From an uncultured Alphaproteobacteria bacterium (lineage in GTDB: Bacteria > Pseudomonadota > Alphaproteobacteria > HIMB59 > GCA-002718135): a stretch of DNA of 64,000 nt. The stretch covers positions 11,303 through 75,302 of the forward strand of contig CACKSN010000002.1 of the NCBI GenBank assembly GCA_902602845.1, in the 5' to 3' direction. This document shows, piece after piece, positions 28,259-37,923 of this stretch (position 1 is the first letter of the stretch; each line of letters begins with the position of its first letter). The notes under the pieces were generated by a model. It saw only the letters and a program-made list of their open reading frames with translations, searched no databases and had not been told where the DNA came from. The position numbers and the translations under genes were made by a program.

Positions 28259-28674
28259 CAAAGATTCTCTGGTCCAAAAGAATCTGGAAGTAATTCTTCG
28301 AGTGTAGATGTTTTCATATGACCATTTTCATTACACATATGAATCTTAGTATCTAAAGTAGCAAATTCTCTTAACCTCTGTCTACAACCACCACAAGGTG
28401 AGCATAATAATTCACCTGAACCTATAACCACAACTTCTAAAATTTTTTTGTTTCCATTAGATATCATATTTCCAATTGCAGTTGCTTCGGCACACTGGGA
28501 TTGAGGATAGGCAGCATTTTCAACATTACAACCAGTAATAATTTTACTATCTTCTGTTAGAAAAGCTGCTCCTACTTTAAAATTTGAATATGGCACATGA
28601 GCTTGCTCTCTAACTTTTTTTGCAGCCTTGAATAAACTATCAAAATTTTCTGAAACCATATTCTTGTTTAACAT
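28258..28674 (-). CDS. cdd: Cytidine deaminase (tetrameric)
   Basis: PYSNFKVGAA, NVENAAY, CAE and PCGGCRQ motifs. The start may instead be 28659. Confidence 0.92.
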   Translation of the reverse strand: MLNKNMVSENFDSLFKAAKKVREQAHVPYSNFKVGAAFLTEDSKIITGCNVENAAYPQSQCAEATAIGNMISNGNKKILEVVVIGSGELLCSPCGGCRQRLREFATLDTKIHMCNENGHMKTSTLEELLPDSFGPENL

Positions 28675-28700
28675 GAAATTACTAAAAAAATTATTTATTT

Positions 28701-29852
28701 TTAAATCTTAAATAATTCTTGAGACAAATCAGGAAGTTCGTCTCCCCAAAAAACTTCTTTACGTAAAAATTCTGGATCTTGGTTAAAACAAACAGACATT
28801 GCAGAATTATAAACAGCCCTTGAGTCAATAGTCGAATTTAGATCTCTTCCCTCAAATAATTCTTTCTTTTTTAGTCCAGGCCAATCTGTATAAACTTGAG
28901 ATTTTTTTAGCAAGCCTCCAGCCATTAGTATTGCACTTCCATATCCATGCTCAGTTCCATAGCCTCCATTTTGTTTTATAGTTCGGCCAAATTCAGTCAG
29001 AGTAAGAATAAGCGTATTGTCAAACGCTTGGCCAAGATTTTTATGTAAAATAGTAACAATTTTATTTACTTCTTCTAGTTCATCAGCATGCGCTCCATCA
29101 ACACCTCCTTGAGCAGCATGGGTATCAAAACCATCTAAATCAAATACAGCAACTCGAGGACCACTTTGATCTTTTAATTGTTTAGCAGCTTCAAGAGCAA
29201 GTTTTTTTCTATCATCAGAGTCAGTAGCTATTTGCATAGACAATGGTCTTTGTCTAATTGTATCAAGTGTAGATTTAATTAGCTCGTTATGCTCACCCTT
29301 AAATTCATTATAAATTTGATCTATTAACTTTGTTTCAACAAAATCTGGTGATGGGAAGAAATTATTATTCTGTGGCACACCTCTTAATAAAAGTGGCATT
29401 GGTAAAGATATTGCCAGACCTTTACCTATAATGTTTGACGCTAGTAATCCCCTACCAAGCCATCCAGTTTTTTCTTTGTATGGAATGTGTGCTCCAGTTT
29501 CCATTAAATTTTGCCCATCAAAATGTGATCTGCCTGTGTAAGGAATATTTGTTGCATGAACAAATGCCGCTTGATTTTTTTGCCAGAGTTTATGGAAAAT
29601 TTCTAATTTAGGGTGAATACCAAAGTCACTGTTCAAATTAAGAACGTTTTCCAGAATAAGTTTTTTTCTCAATTTTTTTAGACGTTTATCTCCAATAACA
29701 GGGACAGCTGTTAAACCATCCATTCCCCCACGAAGTGATATAATAATTAGATTTTTTTTCTGCATTGAAGCAAAACTTATTTTTGGAAAATATCCAGAAA
29801 GAAATAATGTTGTTGATCCTCCAATTAAAAAATTTCTTCTTGTGCAGTTCAT
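28701..29852 (-). CDS. DUF1501 domain protein
   Basis: Tat-like TRRNFL plus LRGGMDGL, RSHFDGQ, GWLGR, GFDTH, TEFGRT and GTEHG. Confidence 0.85.
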   Translation of the reverse strand: MNCTRRNFLIGGSTTLFLSGYFPKISFASMQKKNLIIISLRGGMDGLTAVPVIGDKRLKKLRKKLILENVLNLNSDFGIHPKLEIFHKLWQKNQAAFVHATNIPYTGRSHFDGQNLMETGAHIPYKEKTGWLGRGLLASNIIGKGLAISLPMPLLLRGVPQNNNFFPSPDFVETKLIDQIYNEFKGEHNELIKSTLDTIRQRPLSMQIATDSDDRKKLALEAAKQLKDQSGPRVAVFDLDGFDTHAAQGGVDGAHADELEEVNKIVTILHKNLGQAFDNTLILTLTEFGRTIKQNGGYGTEHGYGSAILMAGGLLKKSQVYTDWPGLKKKELFEGRDLNSTIDSRAVYNSAMSVCFNQDPEFLRKEVFWGDELPDLSQELFKI

Positions 29853-31285
29853 ATTTTTAATACTCCTGGCAAATTACAAATAACTCCATACTTTTGCCCT
29901 AAATCATAATCTGATGTACCAAATCTAAAATTATCAATAAGTGATGCCATATTTTCATGATCTTCAAAATTATTTTTAAGACAACCTAAAATAAAATCAT
30001 GTGATCTGTTTCCAGATTTAATAAGCATTGGAAGTTCAACTGAAGCAAACCAAAAGCGGCGTAATAATAATTCTGGTGATACCCAATCTACCTCCAAATC
30101 GCTCCAACCATTAGGTTGTTTGGCACGATAAGGTGAATGACCTATTTCTCTAAGTATCCATGATAATTGTCTTTGTCTATTATTTGGCTTTGACTTAAAA
30201 GTATAATTCATTTTTTCAAAAGAAAGCGGAATATTTAAATCAAACATTCTTGATAATTGCATTAACCATATTTCAGGTGGATGAAATTTATGTGTATTCT
30301 CATTATACTTATAAGCTTGCGTTATAACTGCTTTGTGAATTTCAATTAAGCTTCCATTGGATTTGTTCCATGCTTCTATTACTGGATCTATCATTTCTTC
30401 TGTTGGTTCATCTGTAATAAAATGCCTGCATAATTTTGTTGATACAAATTTGATACAGATTGGGTGTGTTGCCAAATCATGAATTACTTTAGCAAGTTCT
30501 CTTTTTGCGTCATTTTTATATTTAACTCCTAAAACAATTTTATCTCCTTTTTGATGCATTTCTTGATCAAACCATATATCGCCAGTTTCTAAATTTTTTC
30601 TATCCCATTTGTGAGCCCAACCTGTCATAATATAGGCTAACTGAATCACATCTTCCTGTGTGTATCCAGCATTTGGAGATACTGTATGTAACTCTAATAA
30701 TTCTCTTGCATGATTTTCGTTTATAGTTTCTCCCCACTCCATTCCTTTTTTAGAATTGGGACCAAAAGATTCTGAATTATCAAGGTGATGAATCATACAC
30801 CATGAAGTCGTAACTGACTGGACCATCTCTTCAAAAGTTTTAACCATGTTAGGTCTAATAATTTCACGTTGATAGGGTCCGGTACTAAACTCTGCTAGAA
30901 AATCTTTTTCACTTATTGCAAAATGATTTCCCCAAAAAAGCCAGAAACGCTCGAATACAGGTTGTTGTGAATACTTTGTTTGAAAATGACGAATAGCATG
31001 TTCATTTAATTCAAAATATCTTTCACCAGTTTTTATTCTTAATTCATCTTTTGCCTTTCTATAAGCATGTTTATCATTTTTAAATTTTTTTCTTAAAACT
31101 TCTCTATCTCCATAAACCCATTCACCATATTTTTTTCTTAAATCTTTTTCTGTTGGGATTGTTCCAGGCCACAAGAGATCAGGTATGGTATCTAATTGAT
31201 TTATTGCCCAATTAAGAGGATCTTTATCTGGATTTTCATTTGGCGACAGGCCAAACGCTACTCGTCTATAAAAATTTAATGACAT
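29849..31285 (-). CDS. DUF1800 domain protein
   Basis: RRVAFG, ERFWLFWGNHF, LDN, NENHARELLELHT and PNGW motifs; coupled to DUF1501. Confidence 0.85.
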   Translation of the reverse strand: MSLNFYRRVAFGLSPNENPDKDPLNWAINQLDTIPDLLWPGTIPTEKDLRKKYGEWVYGDREVLRKKFKNDKHAYRKAKDELRIKTGERYFELNEHAIRHFQTKYSQQPVFERFWLFWGNHFAISEKDFLAEFSTGPYQREIIRPNMVKTFEEMVQSVTTSWCMIHHLDNSESFGPNSKKGMEWGETINENHARELLELHTVSPNAGYTQEDVIQLAYIMTGWAHKWDRKNLETGDIWFDQEMHQKGDKIVLGVKYKNDAKRELAKVIHDLATHPICIKFVSTKLCRHFITDEPTEEMIDPVIEAWNKSNGSLIEIHKAVITQAYKYNENTHKFHPPEIWLMQLSRMFDLNIPLSFEKMNYTFKSKPNNRQRQLSWILREIGHSPYRAKQPNGWSDLEVDWVSPELLLRRFWFASVELPMLIKSGNRSHDFILGCLKNNFEDHENMASLIDNFRFGTSDYDLGQKYGVICNLPGVLKI

Positions 31286-31336
31286 ATATAAAAAAAATAG
31301 TTTACATATATTTATAATTTTTAAAAATAAAATTTA

Positions 31337-31987
31337 ATGAAAAATATACCTCTTAAAATTTGTGGCATAACAAATGTGAAATCTGTTGAAGTGGCATATA
31401 AAAATAAAATAAAATCATTGGGTTTTGCAAGTAAAAATTTAAATGGACCAAACACAGTTAGTGATAAAAAAATACAATCATTAATTAAAGAATGTAAGAA
31501 TTATAAAATAGAATCAGTTCTTCTGACTCGGTATGTATCTTTAGACAAGCTAATAGAACAAATAGATTTTACAAAACCAAAGACAATTTCATGTTCATAT
31601 CATTTTCCCAAAAAAGATTTATTAAAAATAAAAAAAATATTTAGAAGACTAAAAATTGGTATTGCAATTAATCCAGAAAATTTTGATAAAAAATACATTG
31701 AATCTATTAGAAAAATTGTAGATGTTATTTATTTTGATATGAATGTTTATAGGAAAAAGAGTATTAAAAAGTACTCATTGAGAAAAAGTATTAAACAAAT
31801 AAAGTTCATAAAAAGTAAAAATATTCCGGTTTATATTGGTGGTGGTATAGACAAAAAAAATGTTTCCAACATTCTAAAACAAATAACACCTTTTGGATTA
31901 GATATCTCTAGAAGCTTGAAAAATCAGAGAAATTTAATTTCTAAATCAAAACTCAAAGATTTATTAAATCAAATTTCGGTAGGATAA
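31337..31987 (+). CDS. Divergent phosphoribosylanthranilate isomerase (TrpF)-like TIM-barrel protein
   Basis: LKICGIT, LGF, YFD, IGGGI..NV and PFGLDISRS are present. The QLHG and GGTG motifs are not recognisable. Confidence 0.6.
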   Translation: MKNIPLKICGITNVKSVEVAYKNKIKSLGFASKNLNGPNTVSDKKIQSLIKECKNYKIESVLLTRYVSLDKLIEQIDFTKPKTISCSYHFPKKDLLKIKKIFRRLKIGIAINPENFDKKYIESIRKIVDVIYFDMNVYRKKSIKKYSLRKSIKQIKFIKSKNIPVYIGGGIDKKNVSNILKQITPFGLDISRSLKNQRNLISKSKLKDLLNQISVG

Positions 31988-32464
31988 TCGTTTAATAATA
32001 TATTTATTTTGCAACTCTTTCGATAATACTTTTATTGATTTTTTTTTAAGCGGATGTCTGAGAAATGGATCAATATCAAGTATTGGATATAACACAAAGT
32101 CCCTTTCGGCTGCTCTTGGATGAGGAATTATTAAATTTTTTTTATTAAATTTTTGTTTGCCAAAAAAAATAATATCCAAATCGATGTTTCTAGGACCATT
32201 GATAATTTTTTTATTTTTTTTTAATTTTTTTTCAATTTCATATATATTATTTATTAATTCTAATGGCTGCTGATTAGTTAATAGTTTTATTGCAGTATTA
32301 AAAAAATTACTTTGTGATTTATATCCATAAGGAGAAGAAATATAAATATTTGCAAATTTTTTTATATTACCAATATTTTCTAACTCTCTAACGGCACAGC
32401 GTAAATTAAATACAGCATTACCTAGATTTGAGCCAAGTGCGATTATTGTTTCAGTTTGATACAC
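31964..32464 (-). CDS. folK: 6-hydroxymethyl-7,8-dihydropterin pyrophosphokinase
   Basis: IALGSNLG, FFNTA, GPRNIDLDII and PHPR..ERDFVL motifs. Confidence 0.9.
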   Translation of the reverse strand: MYQTETIIALGSNLGNAVFNLRCAVRELENIGNIKKFANIYISSPYGYKSQSNFFNTAIKLLTNQQPLELINNIYEIEKKLKKNKKIINGPRNIDLDIIFFGKQKFNKKNLIIPHPRAAERDFVLYPILDIDPFLRHPLKKKSIKVLSKELQNKYIIKRLSYRNLI

Positions 32465-32795
32465 TTAGTGATTCAGCTCCATATTTTTTTGCTACAGCTG
32501 TTTTGTTAATTGTAATTTTAACATTTTTTATTTTAAATTTTTTTTCAAGAACATTGGATGTATTTATAATTAAATGTTCAAGAGTATGCGATTGAGATTC
32601 CTTTATGAAAGTTTTTAAATATTTTGTAATTGATGAATAATCCTTAACATTATTTATATTATTTAAATCTAGTGAGTTTTTAACAGGATAACTAAATTCT
32701 AATGTTACCTTTAATAGCTGCTTTTTCTTTCTCTCTTGGGCAGTGATACCTATATGTGCACTGATGGATAAGTTTTTAATTTCTACTTTGAACAT
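32451..32795 (-). CDS. folB: Dihydroneopterin aldolase
   Basis: HIG...ER...Q, DYS, TLEHL and ITINK motifs; lies between folP and folK. Confidence 0.8.
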   Translation of the reverse strand: MFKVEIKNLSISAHIGITAQERKKKQLLKVTLEFSYPVKNSLDLNNINNVKDYSSITKYLKTFIKESQSHTLEHLIINTSNVLEKKFKIKNVKITINKTAVAKKYGAESLSVSN

Positions 32796-33601
32796 AGTTT
32801 TTCAAAAATTTTTAAAGATTGAGACGTTTCTTTTATGTCGTGAACTCTAAATATATCAACTCCCTTTTGATAACAATATAATGCAGAAGCGATTGAACCT
32901 CCCAGTCTTTGATTTGTTTCACTCTTATCTATGAAGTTGATCCAGCTTTTTCTAGATGATCCTAATAATAATCCATATCCCTTAAATTTAAACTGATTAA
33001 TTTTTTGCATGATTTCTATATTTTGTTTAAAATTTTTTCCAAAACCAATACCCGGGTCAAACCAAACTTTGGACGAAGGAATTTTTATTTTTTCTAATTG
33101 TTTAATTTTCTGAAGAAATATTTTTTTAATATCTTGTACAACATTATTGTATGAGTGTATTTTCTTTTGCATTATTTTGGGTGGTGCAGGCGTGTGCATT
33201 AAAATTAAACCCGTTTTAAATTTTTTAGTTAAAAAGAATAAATCATCTGAACCACCGAAGACATCATTTATAATATGTGCTCCCATATTTAATGCATATT
33301 CTTGAGTTTCAATTTTATTAGTATCAACCGATATGACAAATTTATTTTTTGGCAATTTTTTTAATATTGGGTCTAATCTTTTAACTTCTTCTTTGTATGT
33401 TAATGGATCTGAGCCAGGTCTTGTACTTTCTGCTCCAATATCAATAATACTTGCTCCATTTTGTATCATTTCTTTGATATTTTTTAGTGCATCTGAAGTT
33501 TTAAAACTCTTGCCACCATCACTGAAAGAGTCGGGGGTAACATTGCATATTCCCATTACCGTTGGACTAGATAGTTTAAAATTATATTTTCCTAATTTCA
33601 T
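32783..33601 (-). CDS. folP: Dihydropteroate synthase
   Basis: MGICNVTPDSFSDGG, IDIGAESTRPG, DPGIGFGK, SRKS and RVHD motifs. Confidence 0.93.
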   Translation of the reverse strand: MKLGKYNFKLSSPTVMGICNVTPDSFSDGGKSFKTSDALKNIKEMIQNGASIIDIGAESTRPGSDPLTYKEEVKRLDPILKKLPKNKFVISVDTNKIETQEYALNMGAHIINDVFGGSDDLFFLTKKFKTGLILMHTPAPPKIMQKKIHSYNNVVQDIKKIFLQKIKQLEKIKIPSSKVWFDPGIGFGKNFKQNIEIMQKINQFKFKGYGLLLGSSRKSWINFIDKSETNQRLGGSIASALYCYQKGVDIFRVHDIKETSQSLKIFEKLCSK

Positions 33602-34353
33602 TTCAATAATATTTTTGAATATTTTTTTGATAATAAATTATATATTTTCATTGAAGACCTATACCAATTAAATTGTTTAATAAAAGAAATACTAACCACA
33701 CCTTTACCAGAACCAACTAAAAGTATTTCATTAAATTGACGTAAACTAGAAATATTAATATCTTTTCTATGAATTTTATAAGGCAGATTTTTTATTAAAT
33801 ATTCAAGAGTAATTCCATAATAATAGTAATTTTTTGGAATAAATAATTTATTACCATTTACAAAAATTACATTAGTCGTAGAGCCTTCTAAAATTTTATT
33901 TTTAACATAAAAAAGAATTTCTTCTTTTTGTAAATTAATTTCTTTTTGTAAAGAAATTATTTTTTTGTACTGTAAGTTTTTGAAGTTAGGTAAAGCCCGT
34001 TGGTATCTAAAAAATTTTGCAGTAAAATACTTATGATCTTTGTTTCGTTTACGTAAAGATAATGAGATTATTTTTTTTGTGACTGCAATTCTTAATAGAT
34101 GGTCATAATTTTTTATTTTAGAATATTTATTTAAAAAATTAGTTAAAAAATTTTTTGAAATTTTAACATCAATACCAAAATATCTTGAATCTTTATTTAG
34201 TTTTATTAAATGCTGATCAACTAAGATAAAATTTGGTTCTTTGCCAAATAGTCTAATAGTTGTAAAGATACCCTTATGTCCCCAAAGAGAATTGAACTTT
34301 AGTAATTTAAAATTCTTAGCGTGAAAGGATTTTTTTAATAAGATACTTTCCAT
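33598..34353 (-). CDS. pabC: Aminodeoxychorismate lyase (class IV aminotransferase fold)
   Basis: GIFTTIR, a PLP lysine in FKNLQY, LEGSTTN, GIT and EILLVGSGKGV; lies within the pab/fol operon. Confidence 0.7.
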   Translation of the reverse strand: MESILLKKSFHAKNFKLLKFNSLWGHKGIFTTIRLFGKEPNFILVDQHLIKLNKDSRYFGIDVKISKNFLTNFLNKYSKIKNYDHLLRIAVTKKIISLSLRKRNKDHKYFTAKFFRYQRALPNFKNLQYKKIISLQKEINLQKEEILFYVKNKILEGSTTNVIFVNGNKLFIPKNYYYYGITLEYLIKNLPYKIHRKDINISSLRQFNEILLVGSGKGVVSISFIKQFNWYRSSMKIYNLLSKKYSKILLK

Positions 34354-34873
34354 CTGGAGTTAAAAATGAATCTGGGTGAAACTGTAATCCATAGACTTTA
34401 TTAATATCATCTTCAACCGCCATTGCCACATTTGTTTTTACACAACGCATTGTAATTATCATTGATTGAGAAACAAACGGTTCAGCCATTTTTAAGGAAT
34501 GATATCGACCCCCTAAGAAATTAAAATTTTTTTTAAAAATTGATTTATTGTTAATAACTTTAATATGGCTCTGATAACCATGAAGAATATTTTTTTGTTG
34601 AAGTATTTTAGCCCCTTCGCAAAAAACTATTTGTTGGAAACCTAAACATATTCCTAATATTTTTTTCTTTCCTTTATATTTATTATAAATCTTAGTTGTT
34701 AATGGATAATCTTTTGGTTCACCAGGGCCTGGTGAAAGTACGATGGTTGAAGATTTTTCTAGTTTAATTTGATCTATTTCAAAATAATTTGAAACAAATG
34801 TAGGCTCAATACTATCTAGTAGATGAGCTAAATTGTATGTAAATGAGTCTTCGTGATCAATTAGGTAAATCAT
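34316..34873 (-). CDS. pabA: Aminodeoxychorismate synthase glutamine amidotransferase subunit
   Basis: DSFTYNL, SPGPG, GICLG, RYHSL and QFHPD motifs. Confidence 0.85.
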   Translation of the reverse strand: MIYLIDHEDSFTYNLAHLLDSIEPTFVSNYFEIDQIKLEKSSTIVLSPGPGEPKDYPLTTKIYNKYKGKKKILGICLGFQQIVFCEGAKILQQKNILHGYQSHIKVINNKSIFKKNFNFLGGRYHSLKMAEPFVSQSMIITMRCVKTNVAMAVEDDINKVYGLQFHPDSFLTPDGKYLIKKILSR

Positions 34874-36078
34874 TAGTTGAATAAATCTAAAAGCGATTTA
34901 GCTTTAATGTAATTTTCATTATACTCTTTATTTGCCATACTTCCTAGAATCACACCACTAGCAACTGATAATTCAATATCATTTTTAAAATTAAGTAGCG
35001 TTCTAATCATTATATTAAACCGCATATCGCCATTTGAATGTATAATACCAAAACTGCCTGTATAAATGTTTCTATCAAATTTTTCTTTTCTATTTAAAAG
35101 TTTGATAGTACTAATTTTTGGACAGCCAATGACTGAGCCGCCCGGCATTAAAGAAGAGATTATATCATGGTTACTAATCTTATTTTTTATAACACCCTTG
35201 ATTGTCGTTACATAATGAAAAAGATCTCGATATTCCTCAACCTTTTTTAGTTTATCTATTTTTACTGATCCTGTTTTACAAATTTTAGACAGATCATTTC
35301 TTTCCATATCAACAATCATATTATGTTCTTTGGTTTCTTTTTCATTGCTTCTAAAATAAGTGAGTGCTTCATTTTTATTTAACTGCCTTGTTTTTTTTAA
35401 TGTTCCAGCAATAGGTTTAGTTCTAATTGTGTTACCTTTTTTCAATATGAGTGTCTCTGGTGAACAGCTTATTATATTATAGTCTTTTTCCCTAATAAGA
35501 AAACTTTCAGGCGATTCATTCATCTTCATTAGCTTCCAGAAAAGATCAATAGAATTGATATTACCTTTTTTCGAATAAGTTTGAGCTATTTTAATTTGAT
35601 ACGTTTTTCCTTGTTTAATATTTTTAGAGAAATCATTAAATAGCTTAGAGTACTGTTGTAAAGATAAATTAAGATTAAACTTTTTATTTAACTTTAAATA
35701 TTTTTTTGTATTGATACTTATATTTCTAAAATTGGGATTAATGCTTTTGATTATTATTTTTTTACCAATACTAATTTTAGTATGTGGTTTGTAAAATACA
35801 CCACTATGAAAATTTTTTGATTTCTGTTTTGGAAACTTTATACCTATATTTTCACAAAGAAGTTTATAGCCAAAAAAACCTATGTAACAATTCAATTCTT
35901 CAATCTTAGATTTTTTTAATTTTGACTGGTTATTAAGAAAATCTTTTAAATTTTTTTTATTGATAATAATTCTTCTAGAAAAATCAGTATATATATCATA
36001 ACCCTTATCTGTTTTGTAAATTATAAGAGGTTTATCTGATTGATATAGTCTATTTAGATATTCTTTATTGTTCAACAC
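34873..36078 (-). CDS. pabB: Aminodeoxychorismate synthase component I
   Basis: SPE, KPIAGT, EHNMIVDMERNDL, PGGSVIGCPK and YTGSFG motifs; folate context favours PabB over TrpE. Confidence 0.82.
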   Translation of the reverse strand: MLNNKEYLNRLYQSDKPLIIYKTDKGYDIYTDFSRRIIINKKNLKDFLNNQSKLKKSKIEELNCYIGFFGYKLLCENIGIKFPKQKSKNFHSGVFYKPHTKISIGKKIIIKSINPNFRNISINTKKYLKLNKKFNLNLSLQQYSKLFNDFSKNIKQGKTYQIKIAQTYSKKGNINSIDLFWKLMKMNESPESFLIREKDYNIISCSPETLILKKGNTIRTKPIAGTLKKTRQLNKNEALTYFRSNEKETKEHNMIVDMERNDLSKICKTGSVKIDKLKKVEEYRDLFHYVTTIKGVIKNKISNHDIISSLMPGGSVIGCPKISTIKLLNRKEKFDRNIYTGSFGIIHSNGDMRFNIMIRTLLNFKNDIELSVASGVILGSMANKEYNENYIKAKSLLDLFN

Positions 36079-36106
36079 TTGATTCTATTATAATTAGGAT
36101 ACTTAT

Positions 36107-36529
36107 ATGAAAATTTTTCTTACTAAAATATTCTTTTTTTGCTTAACAGTCACATGGTCATTAAGTCTTTTTTCTCATGGAACTATCATTTTTCCAAATG
36201 TAGAACATGGTGATGGTTATATTGATGTTAAGATATATGACTCAAAAGATAGCTTTTTGGATGAAGAATTAGCTATTGAGAGAGTTAGAAAAAGAGTGCA
36301 AAAGGGTGAGGTTGTTGTTCCTTTAAGTAAAATACATGAAGGAAAAATAGCAATTGTTGCCTATCACGATGAAGATTCAGACGGCAAATTAAAGACTGGG
36401 TTATTCTGGAGACCAAAAGAAGGTTTTGCCTTTAGTAATAATTATCAACCAAAAGGTCCACCATCATTTGAAAAAGCCGCAATCATTTTAGTTCATGGCG
36501 AACCCGTGGTAATAGAACTTAATTATTAA
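36107..36529 (+). CDS. DUF2141 family exported protein
   Basis: Signal peptide plus YHDEDSDGKL, PKEGFAFSNN and GPPSF. Confidence 0.8.
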   Translation: MKIFLTKIFFFCLTVTWSLSLFSHGTIIFPNVEHGDGYIDVKIYDSKDSFLDEELAIERVRKRVQKGEVVVPLSKIHEGKIAIVAYHDEDSDGKLKTGLFWRPKEGFAFSNNYQPKGPPSFEKAAIILVHGEPVVIELNY

Positions 36530-36540
36530 AAATTATATTG

Positions 36541-37923
36541 ATGTCATTACAGTTACAAAACACATTGAGTGGTAAAAAAGAAATTTTTAAACCAGTTAAT
36601 CCAGATCATGTAAGAATATATGCTTGCGGTCCAACTGTTTACAATTTTGCACATATTGGTAATGCGCGTATGGCAGTTGTAAATGATTTATTAGTCCGTG
36701 TATTAAAAACACAATATAAACAGGTAACTTATGTATCTAATATTACTGACATTGATGACAAGATTATAGAAGCTTCTAAAGAAACAGGTGAAGACATTAG
36801 TGTTATCACAAATAAATATACAGAGATTTATAATAATGACATGAGCGCACTTGGTGTCAATCTTCCTGATATTCAACCAAGGGCAACTGATCATATTAAT
36901 GAAATGATCGAGTTGATAAAAAAATTAATTAATGAAAATAAAGCTTATGAAAAAGAGGGTCATGTTTTATTTCATGTACCTAGTTTTGATAATTATGGTA
37001 TTCTTTCAAAAAGAAATAGAGATGAACAAATAGCTGGAAGCCGTGTTGAAGTAGCACCATTCAAAAAAGATCCAGCAGATTTTATTTTATGGAAACCATC
37101 TCCATCACCTTTACCTGGTTGGGATTCACCTTGGGGGTTTGGAAGACCAGGATGGCATTTAGAATGCTCAGTTATGTCAGAAAAATCATTAGGTCTTCCT
37201 TTTGATATCCATAGTGGTGGTATTGACTTAGTGTTTCCACATCATGAAAATGAAATAGCACAAACTTGTTCCATATCTGAAAATAAAGATCCTAAAGATT
37301 TTGCAACTTATTGGTTTCATAATGGATTTGTTAATGTTGAAGGAGAAAAAATGTCAAAGTCAATTGGCAATATTAGACTCGTTCATGATCTCAATAAAAA
37401 ATACAAGGGAGAGGTTTTACGATTAACATTGTTATCAGCTCATTACAAACAGCCATTGAACTGGACAAAAGAAATCATTGAACAAAATAGCAAAATGATA
37501 GATCGACTTTATAGAGTTCTATTGGAGTTGTCAGAAGCTAAGATAGATTCTAACTTACCTTCTGATTCTATAATGGAATCATTTTTAGATGATTTGAATA
37601 CACCTAAAGTCATTGCAAAACTTAATGAAGAGGCAAATGATGCTTCATCTGCATCTGATGAAAGAAAAAAAGAAATCAAAAAAAATCTTCTTTCTGCTGG
37701 TAAAATATTAGGTATTCTTGAAGATGATCCAGAAAATTGGTTAGGCTATAATCAAAAAGATACTGGAAATACTGAAGAAATTGAAAGGTTGATAAATGAA
37801 CGTAATGAAGCTAGACGAAGTAAAAATTTTAATTTGGCAGATAGTATTAGGGACACATTAAAAGATAAAGGCATAGAAATAGAAGATACTGATAAAGGAA
37901 CGATTTGGCGGAAATCTAGATGA
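36541..37923 (+). CDS. cysS: Cysteine--tRNA ligase
   Basis: [28 protein letters not shown] and KMSKS motifs. Confidence 0.97.
   Translation: MSLQLQNTLSGKKEIFKPVNPDHVRIYACGPTVYNFAHIGNARMAVVNDLLVRVLKTQYKQVTYVSNITDIDDKIIEASKETGEDISVITNKYTEIYNNDMSALGVNLPDIQPRATDHINEMIELIKKLINENKAYEKEGHVLFHVPSFDNYGILSKRNRDEQIAGSRVEVAPFKKDPADFILWKPSPSPLPGWDSPWGFGRPGWHLECSVMSEKSLGLPFDIHSGGIDLVFPHHENEIAQTCSISENKDPKDFATYWFHNGFVNVEGEKMSKSIGNIRLVHDLNKKYKGEVLRLTLLSAHYKQPLNWTKEIIEQNSKMIDRLYRVLLELSEAKIDSNLPSDSIMESFLDDLNTPKVIAKLNEEANDASSASDERKKEIKKNLLSAGKILGILEDDPENWLGYNQKDTGNTEEIERLINERNEARRSKNFNLADSIRDTLKDKGIEIEDTDKGTIWRKSR

Noticed and set aside
34316-36078. Calling the pair trpE/trpG because a TrpF-like gene is nearby
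   Set aside because: The pair is directly coupled to pabC-folP-folB-folK and no trpD or trpC is present.
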